From: Emiliania huxleyi CCMP1516 | Lineage: Eukaryota | Direction: 5' to 3' | Assembly (NCBI RefSeq): GCF_000372725.1 | Contig: NW_005202428.1 | Location: 1,101,331-1,165,330, forward strand | Length of the DNA: 64,000 nucleotides | Shown: positions 23,069 through 35,240 of the stretch, one piece after another | How positions within the stretch are numbered: position 1 is the first letter of the stretch | How the letters are laid out: each line of letters opens with the position of its first letter | Notes under the pieces: model-generated | The model's input: the letters and a program-made list of their open reading frames with translations, nothing else | Told to the model about the DNA's origin: nothing | Databases searched by the model: none | Made by a program: the position numbers and the translations under genes

Positions 23069-23820
23069 CTATCTCCCCCCATCTAAATTTGCTAGCTGGC
23101 CTAAAAGTTGAAGTTGGCCGCTCCCAGCCACAGCTCCCACACCTATCTCTCTGGTACACAATATTCGAAGCGTTGTGGTCTGTGGACCATTGACCTCCTT
23201 CTCTCTCTCTCTCTCCGTAAGACGTCGGAGAAGGCAAGCCGTCAAGTTGTCAACCGTCTCGGCGTCGACAACAACTGGCACTCGAACCTGTCGTGCTGTG
23301 GCCACGGCCACCCCTCTAATTGCTCTGACAGGCACGCCTTGCACCTCGCCATGGATCCGCGGCAGAAGCCAATCCCGCAACGCTGTCAGGAAATTATTTA
23401 GGAGGAAGGCGCATACCAAAACTGCTATAGGAATCAGTAGCTCCATGCGTTGCCTTTCACTGTGTAGGAGTTCTTGCAGCTTCTCGATCTTTGAAGTCTT
23501 GTCCTGCAGCAAGATTTCCTGCCTCCAAATGTAGTCTAATACATCATCGCACCTCCGCCATGAGGACGGCCTTGTGCGAGCGCTGTCGTTGAGAACGAAG
23601 CGGTCGGAGTGTTCTGTTGCCTTCAAGACATATTACCTGAGGAAGCTCCTTCCCTTGGTGAAGGCGGTCATGTTCGTCATGGCGGGGTCGTGCATGTACG
23701 TCTGGGCGAAGGCCGTCGGCTTACGGTCCGCCTTCTTTAGCAGGTCTTTGATCGCACGGCTTCAAACGGTCCGTTTCGACGACGGTCGCGATGTTGGTAC
23801 GGGCGAGGTCGAGTGTATCG
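23069..23820 (-). pseudogene. Degraded ORF with coiled coil and TM segment, unknown family
   Basis: Protein-like frame LLKKADRKPTAF...SFLR*YVLKATEH...KIEKLQELL...LLIPIAVLVCAFLL with an internal stop. Confidence 0.3.
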
Positions 23821-24489
23821 GTCATGGTTTTGAAGAGTGAATTCGGGCGTCAGCGGCGGCACATCGTCTGGGTCATTCTGCTCCGAATCGTTAGCTTTCC
23901 CGGCCGCAGCGCGGCTCATGGTGCAGGTTGGCCGGTGACGGTGTCCGGTGAGACGTCCCAGCTCGGCCTCGTGGAGGGCTCTCCCACGTCCCAGGGAAGT
24001 TCGGACGGACACACGCGGCGGGCCAGAGAGTTCTACCGGACTATCCTGCAGCCTTTATTTATTGGACGTCGGGCCTTCTGCGTATGACACGTTTTTCCGA
24101 TGTGCGATGACAACAAATTTTTGTAATTCGGACAGCATTCGCGGCCCAGTGCCCTGTGCGACCGCTGTGTGTGTGCTGCACATACACACCTCGCCAACAC
24201 ATGGACATGGACATGCGTATGTGGATCATGAGACATGACTCTTCCAGAGACCCTTGAGTGAGAGCTTGCTTGGGGATCATGGCATGCATGCATGCATCTC
24301 GATCGAATGCATCGATCACGTACAACGGGGCCACGCGCGCCGGAGCGTGTAGCGCGCGGCCCACCCGAATATGCGCGGTGCCCGCGGCGACCTGGCGCTC
24401 AAGACCTCTCCCTCAGCTCTGCCTCCTCCCCGCGGCACGAGCTGCGGCCTCTCCGCCGCCGCCAACCTGGGCTCTAGACCTCCCTCCCC

Positions 24490-26641
24490 TCAGGGCGCCG
24501 CCGGCGAGGTTGGCGCCGGCGCCGGCGCCGTCCCCGCCGCGTGCGCAAACCGGCAAAGGCCGTTGTGGGGAAGGCCCCGCGCGGTGTTGCGGAGCGTGCA
24601 GCCGGGGAAGCAGCAAGGCGCGTAGGCGCCGCCGCGCCGCCGGTGGAGCGCCTCGACCCCCTCGCCGGCGCACCCGCTGCTGGGCTCCTCCCGCGTCCGC
24701 TTCCGCCCGCCGAGCCAACGGCTGCGGCGCACTGCCGCNNNNNNNNNNNNNNNNNNNNNNNNNNNNNNNNNNNNNNNNNNNNNNNNNNNNNNNNNNNNNN
24801 NNNNNNNNNNNNNNNNNNNNNNNNNNNNNNNNNNNNNNACAGGGCCAGCGCACCCGGGTGGGACAGCGTTCGGGTTTCAGCCGGCCTTCAACTTTGGCCT
24901 CGTTTCCTATTCATCCTTAATTCGCCGCGGCCGAGCCCTCGGAGAGTTGAGGCGACGAGAGAGGCGACGAGAGGAGGGGCTCCCACGCCTCCTCCGGGCC
25001 GCTGCCATGCCCCTCCGCCGCCGCCTCCCCGCCATCGCCGCGCTCGCCCGGCGGCTCGACGAAGAGCGTGCTGGCACCCGCGCCGTCGCCCTGCGAGAGG
25101 CCCGCCGACGGCCCCTGCAGCAGGCCGGGCTTCTCGCACGGGAGCGCCAAATCGGCCAGGTCAACGGGCGTAGGCGCCCTCGCCAGGTCGACGCAGGGGG
25201 CGATGGTCTGCGAGAGGCCCGCCGAATGCCCCTGCGGGCCGGGCTTCTCGCACGGGAGCGCCAGGTCTGCCAGGTCGATTGCTGCCGCGCCGCCGCCGTT
25301 CGCCTGTGGGCGGACAAGTGCGGCGGCTGAGGACAGAGGCTGCGGGGAGCGTCCGGGGCAAAGGGGCGGTGCAGGGCCGATCGACCACCAGGCTGGAGCT
25401 GGGAGGTGTGTGTGGAGGGGGGCTCGTCGCGTCTGGGACGACTGCGTGCGGGGCGGTGGCGGAGGCGGCGGAGAGGAGAGGAGGGGAAGGGGGGAGAGGG
25501 CGTGGGGCAGCGAGCGAGGCGCGGGAGGGTGGGGGCTGCACCCCGTGCACCAGGCCGCCGTGCAGGTCGTTGACCAGGCCGGAGAGGGAGTCGTGCCAAG
25601 GCCAGCCGCAGCTCTCCTCCCCGGCCGCCAACGCCTGCAGCGGCATGTCCAGCGGCGCCAGCGCCTGGCGGAAGGCGCCCTCCTCCCACGCTAACCCGTC
25701 GGCCACCGCCGCCCCGGCCACCGCCGCCCCGAAGTCCGCCTCGCAGTCCTCATCTGCGAGCGCCTCGGCCAGCGGCGGCGGCGGCAGCGGCGAGGAGGGC
25801 GGCGACACGGACGGCTCGGCGGCCGACGGCGGCGATCCCTTGCCTCCCGCCTTGCCTCCCGCCTTGGCGGCGCCCTTGCTCCTCCGCCTGCCGCCCTCCT
25901 TGCCGCCCTCCTTGCCGCCCTCCTCCCCTCCGCTCGACCAGTCCTTGAAGGCCGCGAGCATCGCAAAGTTGCTCCCCTCTGGCGAGCGCGCATAGCAGAG
26001 CGCCGCCTCCTCGGCGGTGGCAAAGCGGCCGAGCGTGACGCGGCGGCCGTTGCGGCGCACCTGCGGCGGCGCGGGGAGGGCGGCGGCCGGTGAGGCCACG
26101 GCCTCCTACGGCCCTGCGAGCCCGGCGGCGGCGCCTCCAGATATGAGGGTGGCTGTGGCTATGAGGGTGGCGGGGGGGAGGACCGAGGTGGCGGCGAGGT
26201 GGCGGCGGGCCGGCCAGAGTTGGGGGGTAGCTGGCTGGCGGAGGCGGAGGCGGGGGACGGCAGCGGCGGAGAGGGCGAGCCGCGGGCCGGGCGAAGGGCG
26301 GCAGCGGGCCGGCGGGCCGAGGGAGGGAGAGGCACCTGGGCACGAAACGGGTTCTTGAGGCCGACGGTGGTCGACGAGTCTTGCAGCACCTGCAGAGGCG
26401 GCGAGGGAGGGCGGAGGCGAGTGAGTGCGGCCGTCCGTGCGCGCCCGCGCGCCACCCTCGTCTCTCGTTGGCACGCGCGGCGAGCACACAGAGGGGGAGG
26501 GCTCACCCCTCGGTAGCCGCTCGTGCTCGACGTGCTCCTCAGCAGCGTCAGGCCCTCCTCGGCAGCCCCACGCAGGGCCGCCGCCGCGAGGTTGTCGAGC
26601 TCGACCGTTGAGTAGGCCGACTTGGCGGCGCTTCGCGGCAT
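24490..26641 (-). pseudogene. Inverted second copy of the AP2 gene, frameshifted
   Basis: Near-identical to 10969-13025; one extra base at about 25344-25347 shifts the frame; stop at 24917 next to the gap. Confidence 0.7.
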
Positions 26642-27462
26642 CGTTAGAGACCACAGCGGCTGCCAAACCTAGCAAAGCGACTTGCCGATCGAGATCCGAG
26701 TCGTGTCGGTCGCGTGACGCGACAGCGCATGATCTCGGATCATCTCGTTTTCGCGGTTCTGGTGCTGGGGGGGTCGGGACCCCCCCCCCCAGCAGCAGCG
26801 CTCTGCTGCTGGGGGGGGTGCTGGCATCTCTGTACCGACAGCTGTAAGTAAGTACGGTTAGCGTTCCAGTCGTCGGCGAGGTGCTGGATATTAAATGGCT
26901 TGAGGGCGAGCCGCAATGGCTTCCACCACGTCGCTGCCCGCCATTGCGGCGACGCGTCGCGGCGGACCTGACAGTTTTGCCGCGCGACGGGCCGCGCGCG
27001 CGTTTCGAAAAAAGAGAAGTCTTTAAGCTCAGTCAATCGATTTCGACGAGCGAGCGATCCGAGGATCGAGCGGGGGACCGATAGGCTAGAGAGATCAACG
27101 CTGGAAGCGCCTCGCCGAGGCGCACAATAGTCCCCGTCAGCGCCACGCGCGAGAGCATGTGTCCAATGTGCAACGCGGCGGCGCGATCAGTCACGGGACG
27201 ACCGACGGAAGCCGGATAAGCCACAAAACTCGCTTGCAGAGCAGGTTTTCACCGATTTGCTGTGGGCGTTGGCTGAAAATAGTGCTCAAACCGACCAAGT
27301 TAAGCGAAAATTGGTCCAACGAAAACGGCACTAGTTAAGGGCAAAAACCGATTTGCTGTGGGGGGCGTAAGAGCACCTAAAGGAGCAAGGCATAGCTGTG
27401 AAGTGGTTTCCACTGACACCCAGCTCTGCACACGAACCTGGGTTCACTATCTCAGGGGAGGC

Positions 27463-29024
27463 ATGAGGTTCGCTAGGTTGTTCTTCGTCGCCGGCAGCTC
27501 CGCGCTGGAGCTCGGCGGCGTGCTGCGCGCTCCGGCACGCGGCGTGGCTCGCTCCGCCGCGCCCCTCATGGAGGCGCCCAAGACCGTCTTCATGTTCCCG
27601 GGGCAGGGTGCGCAGGCGGTCGGCATGGGAGTCGAGGCGGCCGAGTCGGTGCCTGCGGCCAAGGAGCTGTACGATAAGGCGTCCGCGATCCTGGGGTACG
27701 ACCTGCTCGATCGCTGCAAAGTGGGTCCGAAGGAGACGCTCGACACCACCGTCGCCTCCCAGCCGGCCATCTTTGTGGCGTCGATGGCGGCGGTCGAGAA
27801 GCTGCGCGCCGACGAGGGCGACGCGGCGGTCGACGCGGCGGATGTGGCGTGCGGGCTGTCGCTGGGCGAGTACACTGCCCTTGCCTTCGCCGGCGCCATC
27901 TCGTTCGAGGACGGCGTCCGCATCACCAAGGCGCGCGGCGAGGCGATGCAGGCGGCGAGCGAGGCTTCGGCATCCGGCATGGTGTCGGTGATCGGGCTCG
28001 ACACGGAGCAGGTCGACGCGCTGTGCAAGGCGGCGTCCGAGGAGACGGGCGAGCAGATTCAGATTGCAAACTACCTCTGCCCCGGCAACTACGCGTGCTC
28101 GGGCGCCATGACCGCCGTGGACGCCGTCGTCGCCAAGGCGAAGCCGGACTTCAAGGTACAGCCGGAGGGCCGGTGGGCGGGGCAGAGGAGAGGTCGCTGA
28201 CGCGGCGGTGGCTCGACCCGTAGGCGCGGATGGCGGTCAAGCTGGCCGTGGCGGGCGCCTTCCACACCGACTTCATGGCCCCGGCGGTGCGGCGTGCTGC
28301 CCTGCCCTGCCCTGCCCTGCCCTGCCCTGCCCTGCCCTGCCCTGCCCTGCCCTGCCCTGCCCTGCCCTGCCCTGCCCTGCCCTGCCCTGCCCTGCCCTGC
28401 CCTGCCGTCGCCCTCGCCGCAGCCGCTCACGCCAGCCTCGGGGGGGAGAGGGAGAGGAGGGCAGCTGGAGAGCTGCGCTGAGCTGAGGAGGAGGAGGGTG
28501 AAGCCAGACAGCGCCGAGAGTCGGGTCCGGCCGTAGTCTGGCTGTGCGCCGCTGTGTGCGTGTTGTGAGCCGCGTCTCTTCACAGCCTCCGGCTGCGAGC
28601 AGGTGCCGAAGCTCGACGAGGTGCTGGCAGGGATCGAGGTGTCGCCGCCCCGCATCCCCGTCATCTCCAACGTGGACGCCAAGCCGCACTCGGACCCCGC
28701 CGAGATCAAGGAGATCCTCAAGAAGCAGGTGACGGCGCCGGTGCAGTGGGAGGTGCGCGTCCCGTCTCAGCGCGCCCGCAGCTGCCCCCTCACCACTCAT
28801 GGCCTGCGAATCGACTTGGTAGACCATCATGACCGACCTCGTGGAGGCCGGCTCGGTCGAGTCCTTCTACGAGCTCGGGCCCGGCAAGGCGCATCGAACG
28901 GCCCCACGAGGGGCGGCTAGAATGGGGCGTGTCCAGGACGCGTTCACCGCCTGCCCCGCAGGTGCTCGCCGGCATCATGAAGCGCATCCACAAGAAGGCC
29001 ACCGTCGTCAACGTGGAGGTTTGA
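27463..29024 (+). CDS. fabD: Malonyl-CoA:ACP transacylase, probably plastid-targeted, 5 exons
   Basis: FMFPGQGAQAVGMG, SQPAIF, GLSLGEY, RGEAMQ, IANYLCPG, AGAFHT, PVISNV, QVTAPVQWE and YELGPGKVLAG; N-terminal leader peptide. Confidence 0.95.
28298..28406. repeat. (CCCTG)n microsatellite in a fabD intron
   Basis: About 21 perfect pentamers. Confidence 0.97.
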
Positions 29025-29294
29025 GGAGCGGGCTTTCACTATTTCAGCCGCCTGCCGTGCTGCCAGCGCGGGGCCGCGGGTGCCCGTGCGCGTGGGAAGC
29101 AACCCCAGTCGTGTACACGCCGCACTCAAAGCACACGGCAACCCACACCCACACCCACACGATTTCGTCGTTGGTGGTCGGTGTGGCGGGCGTTGGTTAC
29201 CTTTTCTACTCCATGGCGCATAATCATAATAGTAACAAGTGATGGTCCGCGTGCGCGTCCGGGACCGCCACGGCTTCACAGCAGACGTTAGTCG

Positions 29295-30137
29295 TTACAC
29301 GCTCTCCTCTGCCACCGCGACCGCGACCGGCAAGGAGGCGGCGCTTCCCGAGCCGACTCGCTGCGCCAGCACGGGCGGCGTCGGCGTCGGATCCACGGGC
29401 AGCCCCATCGGGACCTCCTCGACTGCGCACCGGGCGGCCACGGCGGCCACAACGGGGACCGGCAGCGTGACTGCGCCAGGAGGCGGTCTCGGGCTGCCGC
29501 GGCGCCCCGTTCTTCCGAGCTGTGCGGGGGTGAGGGGGTGGTTGAGGTCGGCGTGGCGCCGCTCGGGGAGGCAGCAGGCGCAGCAGCAGCGGCAGTAGAG
29601 GTAGCACCAGCACAGCGCCACCACTTCCGCTGCCCACTGCACCGCCAGCGCTCCAGCAGCCGTCCCGAGGGCCTCGCCCGCACTCGGAAGTTCCCCGTCA
29701 TCATCGTCGTCGTCGCCGCCGCCTTCGACGCCACTGGAGAGGGCGGCGATGGCCCAGATGAACCAGCCGAGGAGCATCAGCTCCTCGGCACGCAACCCCA
29801 CAAGCCGTGCCGACGGTAGCCTCCCCTCGAGCGCCGCTGAGGCTGTGCCAATGGTCGCCTTTGTGAGCGCGACGACCGGCGCCACGAAGCACACGGTGAG
29901 AAGGAGGGCGCTTCCACTGGACCGAAGGCCTAGCGAGACGTAGACAGAGAGGAGCAGCGTCGCGCACACCGACAGCGAGAGGACAAACAGCCGGTGGCGG
30001 ACGCTGAGGCCGTCCGAGCATACGCAGCAGCACCCAACCCCGACGGGTGGCGGCGCCTCCCTGGCGAAGCAGAGCCCGAGGACCGAGTGGTCGTGGAGCA
30101 CGAACTGGGGGAGAGACACCTTTCGATCATCATCCAT
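29295..30137 (-). CDS. Hypothetical multi-pass membrane protein with Cys clusters
   Basis: Open frame with about 4 hydrophobic segments and the Cys clusters CCCVC and CYLYCRCCCACC. Confidence 0.6.
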   Translation of the reverse strand: MDDDRKVSLPQFVLHDHSVLGLCFAREAPPPVGVGCCCVCSDGLSVRHRLFVLSLSVCATLLLSVYVSLGLRSSGSALLLTVCFVAPVVALTKATIGTASAALEGRLPSARLVGLRAEELMLLGWFIWAIAALSSGVEGGGDDDDDDGELPSAGEALGTAAGALAVQWAAEVVALCWCYLYCRCCCACCLPERRHADLNHPLTPAQLGRTGRRGSPRPPPGAVTLPVPVVAAVAARCAVEEVPMGLPVDPTPTPPVLAQRVGSGSAASLPVAVAVAEESV

Positions 30138-30616
30138 CGTGACCGCAGATGTCACTGCCTACGAGTAGCTGCCAGGTGAGGCTACACATGATACCAGGCC
30201 AGTGGAGAAAAGAATTTTGACAGCCGAAGCGACAGGCGAGGCGCGGGCGACGGCTTCCAGAAGCCGTCGCCCGCACCACAGGAGCAGTCACACCACCACT
30301 CCCACTCCGAGAAAAGAACTTCCGGCAGTTGTCAGGCAAGAACCTCCGTCGCATCTCTCCTGGAGATGACTCCTCTATTTATTTATTAATCCGGGACGCC
30401 TTTCTCACAGCATGAACACACGCTGATCGTTACATAGCTTCGGCTATCAGGTCCACGTTTAGACCAGTTTAGACCACTGCTAAATACACAAAAACGCAGT
30501 GCAGGTCGCAGACGCACCTCATGCAGGATTTCAACGACCCACTGAACATCGACAGGGTACGCGACAGGGGCAACAGTACTACACTCACGTATGCAGTCCT
30601 CGAGGCCGGGCTCTCG

Positions 30617-32540
30617 TCACAGCCTTATTTCCACCCTCCGTCCGCCTGCGGGCGCTGGAGCAGCAGCCGCCACCGGCGTAGCTACGACCGTGCCGCTCAC
30701 GACTGTGCCCTCCACCACCTGCGCGGCGGCGCACTCGGCCTGCACCTGCGACGCCCGCCAGACGCGCGGCTCGCCGCGGTAGCCACCCTGGCTGTACCGG
30801 CTCGCCCGGCCGGGCGCGCCCTGACTATACCGGCTCGCCCCGCCATGCACGCCGGGCGCGCCCCCGCACCACCGCTCCGTTCTGCTCGCCCGGCTGGCTC
30901 GGCTGCCGTGCGGCGGCTCTGCGACCGGCTGCTCCTCGGGGCGGCAGTGCATGAGCGACTCGGTAGCGACGAGCAGCTGTGGCGTGGGGGTAGGGGAGGG
31001 GCGAGCGGTGAGGAAGGGGGGCGAGGTGGGAGGGGTGGCGTGGCGTGGGGGGAGGAGTACGCGAGGGAGGGGGCGGGAGGTCCGAGGGAGCGGCGCGAAG
31101 TAGGCGGGTAGGAGGCGTGTGTGAGCGGGCACGGCGGGAATGGGAGGCGGAGGGCGCACCAGCCAGCCCACCGCAAAGGCGGTGAGCGCGAGCGAGTACT
31201 CGACGAACCACGTCCCACGTGGCACAGGGGACACGTAGTCGAACTGGTACATGCACTTGAGCAGGATCTTGATGAGGCCGTCGGCGGTGGAGGACGCGAC
31301 CGAGGCGGCCATCATCCACACGCGCGGCATGCCCATCCAGCCGCGCTTGTTGACGTTGATCCAGCTCGCGGTGCCATCCCACTTGCGCAGGTGCTTTGGG
31401 TTCCACGGCAGGTACTTGAGCATGCAGCGCGGGTTGGCGAGCACGACGCCGACGAAGAGCAGCGCGGCCCACTCCTTGCGGTGCCGGTCGAAGGGCAGCT
31501 GCTTGAAGTACTTGCCCGCCTTGGCGAAGACGCGGATGGCGATGCAGAGGTTGATGAGGCGGAAGACGACCCAGTGCGCGATGACGCACCTGCAAAAGGC
31601 TGCGTGCTCCACTGCCCACGGGTGCCTGTCAGCCCACGGATACAGCACGTAGAACACCGCCCAGAAGACGTGCGCCCACAGCTCAAACGAGGCGATGAAA
31701 AAGTCGAAGAGGTAGACGCCGCCCGTACGGAGGTGGTGAGCCCACCAGCTGCAGCCCGAGAGGCTCTGGAGGCGGAGGGGGAGGGGGTGAGAGCGGGCGG
31801 TGGCGGCGCGCGGGGCAGTGCAAGGCGCGGGCGAAGGCGGTGCGCGCCGCTGTCACGTCGGGCATCGACTGCGAGTCGGTCGGCTTGATGAGGTAGATGC
31901 GCCCGCCGAGCGCCGCGAACGCGATCGAGAATAAGAAGCTCAGCTCAAACTCGTAGCCGATGCCGAGGTGGAGCAAGCCGTGCGAGTTGAAGGGCGAGGG
32001 CGGCGGCGGGAGAGGCGGCGGCAGCGGCGATGGCGGCAGCGGCGGCGGCGGCGGCGGCGGCGGTGACGGCGGTGACGGCGGTGGTGGATATGGCGCTAGT
32101 TCCGGCGGGTAAGGCGGCCGCGAGGGCGGTGGCGGAGGAGGACACGTGGCTATTTCTGAGCCGTAAGGATCATAGCAGTTCGCATCCTCACAGTCCACGT
32201 CTACGTCTGTTCTCCGAATGTTCCCGCTGGCGACGGCTGTTGGGCAGGCCTCCTCAGAGGAAGCGTAGAACAGGAGCGTAGAAGGAACCACGTAAGCTCG
32301 AAGCTGCCACTGACCGCCGATGTAGGCGAGGTAGTGCTGATTTGTGTCACTCTGCACATAGACCAGCCGGCCGCCATCAGGCAGCTGAGCGCCGTCAGCA
32401 AGATCAAAAACCTCGCCCCCGAGCGTATACTGGTTTCCCGGAGGGTAAATGCCCGTCGCTCCAGCAGTGACGAGGGCTTCCGCGCCGCCGCCGACGGCCA
32501 CGTCGGCGCACGGGCAGGAGGAGGAGGCGCCAGCAGTCAT
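30617..32540 (-). CDS. Hypothetical membrane protein: Cys-containing ectodomain, poly-Pro stalk, multi-TM region (multi-exon)
   Basis: ORFs 31683-32561 and 30617-31657 have protein-like composition and plausible splice sites. Confidence 0.55.
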
Positions 32541-32740
32541 GCGAGCGCCGAGGCGGCTCACGCAACCTTCCCTTTTTTTTGTTCTTCAGCTGGGTTCCAT
32601 AGAAAGAATTCAGATTGCGAAGCGGCAGCAACGCGTTATTCGGATCGCACATTGGACGGCGGAGTACAGGCTGTGTGGTCGGCGACTCGTAGCCGGGGTC
32701 GTCCTCCCGAGATGGGCATGGCCATGGGGATGAAAGACTA

Positions 32741-33109
32741 AATAAATAAAGAAAACGGTCAAACTCTGAGACGAGATGGGATTTAGGGACGTGTGTCCCC
32801 GCCCTGCACGATCTTGGTGTGAGGGATCTTCAATCCGTGTCCCCTCACCCCTCGTCACAACCCGACACGGAAGAGCGGCAAGAGTTGGGGCTGCGGCTAC
32901 GGCTGCGGCTACGAGAGGGGCCGGGGTCGCGGGAGAGCCGCTGCGCCGCGTGGACGCGCCTACACCGCTCTTGCTCCGCTCGCCACCTCTCGCAAAGGTC
33001 CAAAGTCATAGCCATCACCTCCTCCGGCAAGTCCTTTTCGCCTATCTTGCCGTCCCTCCAATCCTGGAAGAGCTCGTCGTCATAGCCGTATTGCATCACA
33101 GCCTGCTGC
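32741..33109 (-). mobile_element. Retroposon family C, 5'-truncated, (TTTA)n tail
   Basis: Perfect 11-bp TSD ATGAAAGACTA at 32730-32740 and 33110-33120; near-identical to 52720-53084. Confidence 0.85.
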
Positions 33110-33252
33110 ATGAAAGACTAGCGCACTATCCGTCTTCCACATGGGGCCGACAGGCAAGGACCAAGGTAAGGATGGTAAGGATTTTTTGGCCTCCCCCCCC
33201 TGCAAACGGAGGGAGCTGCAAACACAAAACAACAACAACTCCTAAGTAGAGC

Positions 33253-34800
33253 TCAAGTGCTCAACCTCCCCCGCCGTCCCATTGTGCAATTCATCAGCCT
33301 CTCCACCAGGTCGTCCTTCTCGAGGCAGCCGGCGTGGTCGGCCCCACACGCGGCCAGCCTCGCCTTGAGCTCCTTCGCCGTGAGGGCGCGCAGCCGCCCT
33401 CTCGCATCCTCCACTTCCCCGCCCGCCGCAGACGCGCCGACCCCCGCAGACGGGCCGCCTAGCTGCGCCGGCGCACCACCGCCTCCGCCGGAAGCGCGGC
33501 GGCGCGGCGCGGCGCACAAGTCTCTCAGCCGCTGCGCGATGTCCCAGACGACCTGCAAGTGGTCGTTCGGCTGCTGGAAAGCTCCCACCGGTGCCTAGAC
33601 GAGAGGGTGAGGAAGGCTCTCCGTGAGATGTTGTTCAGCCTCTGGCTGCTGAAATGATTCCCCCATCGGGGGCCTTCACAAAGCCAAAACCCTCGTACAG
33701 CCGTGAGGCTGCAGCGTTCTGCTCACCGCCCGCTATCTGGGCGCAGGAGGGCGGGAAAGGGCCCGGCGGTGGGATTGCGGGGGTGGCAGAGAGGGAGGGA
33801 GTGAAGGAGGGAGAGCCGCGCCTGCAGCACCGCCGACGTCTTGCCCTCGAGCGCGGCCGCGTGGGCGAGCGCGTCTGCAGGGCGAGACGCGTCCGCGCGC
33901 GAGGCGTGAGCAGCGGACCGCACAAAGGTGGACACGTTCCATCGCGGTGGAGATGAGGAGAGAGAGGTAGAGCTAAAGACTGCAGCCTCGTGGGTGTGTG
34001 GTCCGGAGCAGGGCTCTGCCGCATGAATACATCGTACCCACGGGCCCCGAGGGTAGAGAGGGAATCTTAGGTCGGCATCTAGAAGCCTGCAGGCGAGGAG
34101 GAGCCGCGCGAGGCCGTCGCCTGTTGGTGGTTGCGAGCAAGTTACGAGCAGGTTCCAGGGAGGGTCCCGGCGAGGGAGGAGCCGCGAGTGAGCTACCTCG
34201 GACCGACCGATCGGTGCCGAGCAATTCGATCTTCGTCCACGAACCCGCCGTCACGACGGGAGCAGGCGGGGCAGCAGCGCCGAGATGCGGCGGAGCCGCC
34301 GCCGCGGCGAGGGCGTTTGGACCGGGAGTGGCCAGCGCGCTGGTTGGCGGCACGTTCGCGTGGCCGAGTCGCGCCGGCTGGGCGGCGGCGACAGGAGACT
34401 GCAGCGGCGGGGGCGGCGCGATGCAGCCTTTCGCATCGACGAGGGCGGGGTGGAGCCACGCGCGCATCTCCTCACTGGGCACATCGCGCCAAAAGATCAG
34501 GCCGAGGAGCTCGTCGAAGGGCCCCGTAGCGGTAAGCAGTCTTAGTCGTCCGTCGTAGTCGTCGTCCACAAACGCCTCGAGTAGCATGCGCTCCAGCTCG
34601 TCCACGCCCTCGAGCGGCATGGGCACCAGTGACTTCGCGCTCTCGCGTGTCTCGAGTGTGAGGGTAAGGCGGCGGTCGCTCAGCGTGACCACCTCGCGCC
34701 GGCCGCTCGCAATGATCTCGGCCGCGGCAGGGCCCGTGACGAGGGGGCCGAGGTAGGAGGCTGAGCGCGTGAGGCGGATGGGCGGATGCGTTGAGGCCAT
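33253..34800 (-). CDS. GNAT-like acetyltransferase with C-terminal SAP/ARMET-C-like motif (multi-exon)
   Basis: LGLIFW, TKIELLGTDRSVRG, NAAASRLYEGFGF and LTAKELKARLAACGADHAGCLEKDDLV. Confidence 0.6.
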
Positions 34801-34832
34801 TGAATATCGAGCGTCGCGCGTCCCTTTGCGAA

Positions 34833-35090
34833 CCGACGCTGCACGATCATGGCGTGAGGGACCTCAATCCGTCCCCTCACCCCTGGTCACTACCCGAGGG
34901 ACCTCAATCCGTCCCCTCACCCCTGGTCACTACCCGACACTAGAAGAGCAGCAAGAGTTGGGGCTGCGGCTGCGGCTGCGGCTGCGGGAGGGGCTATGGT
35001 CGCGGGAGAGCCCGCGCTGCGCCGCGTGGACGCGCCTACACCGCTCTTGCTCCGCTCGCAAAGGTCCAAAGTCATAGCCATCACCTCCTC
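34833..35090 (-). mobile_element. Retroposon family C, deleted/diverged copy with a 39-bp tandem duplication
   Basis: Homology to 32805-33025; GAGGGACCTCAATCCGTCCCCTCACCCCTGGTCACTACCC occurs twice. Confidence 0.7.
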
Positions 35091-35240
35091 TAGGACTAGC
35101 TCCTAGGTGCAAAGAATTTTTCTCCACGCCTCTTTGTATGGAAGAATTTTGATATGGGTCAAAACGCCTGCTGGGGGCAGCTTCGTGAAACGTGAATTTG
35201 CGCGCCCATTACTGCACTCCAAGTGCTCCAAATGCGAAAC

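Noticed and set aside
24839..24922. Apparent insertion in AP2 copy 2
   Set aside because: Abuts a gap; most likely low-quality read-end sequence
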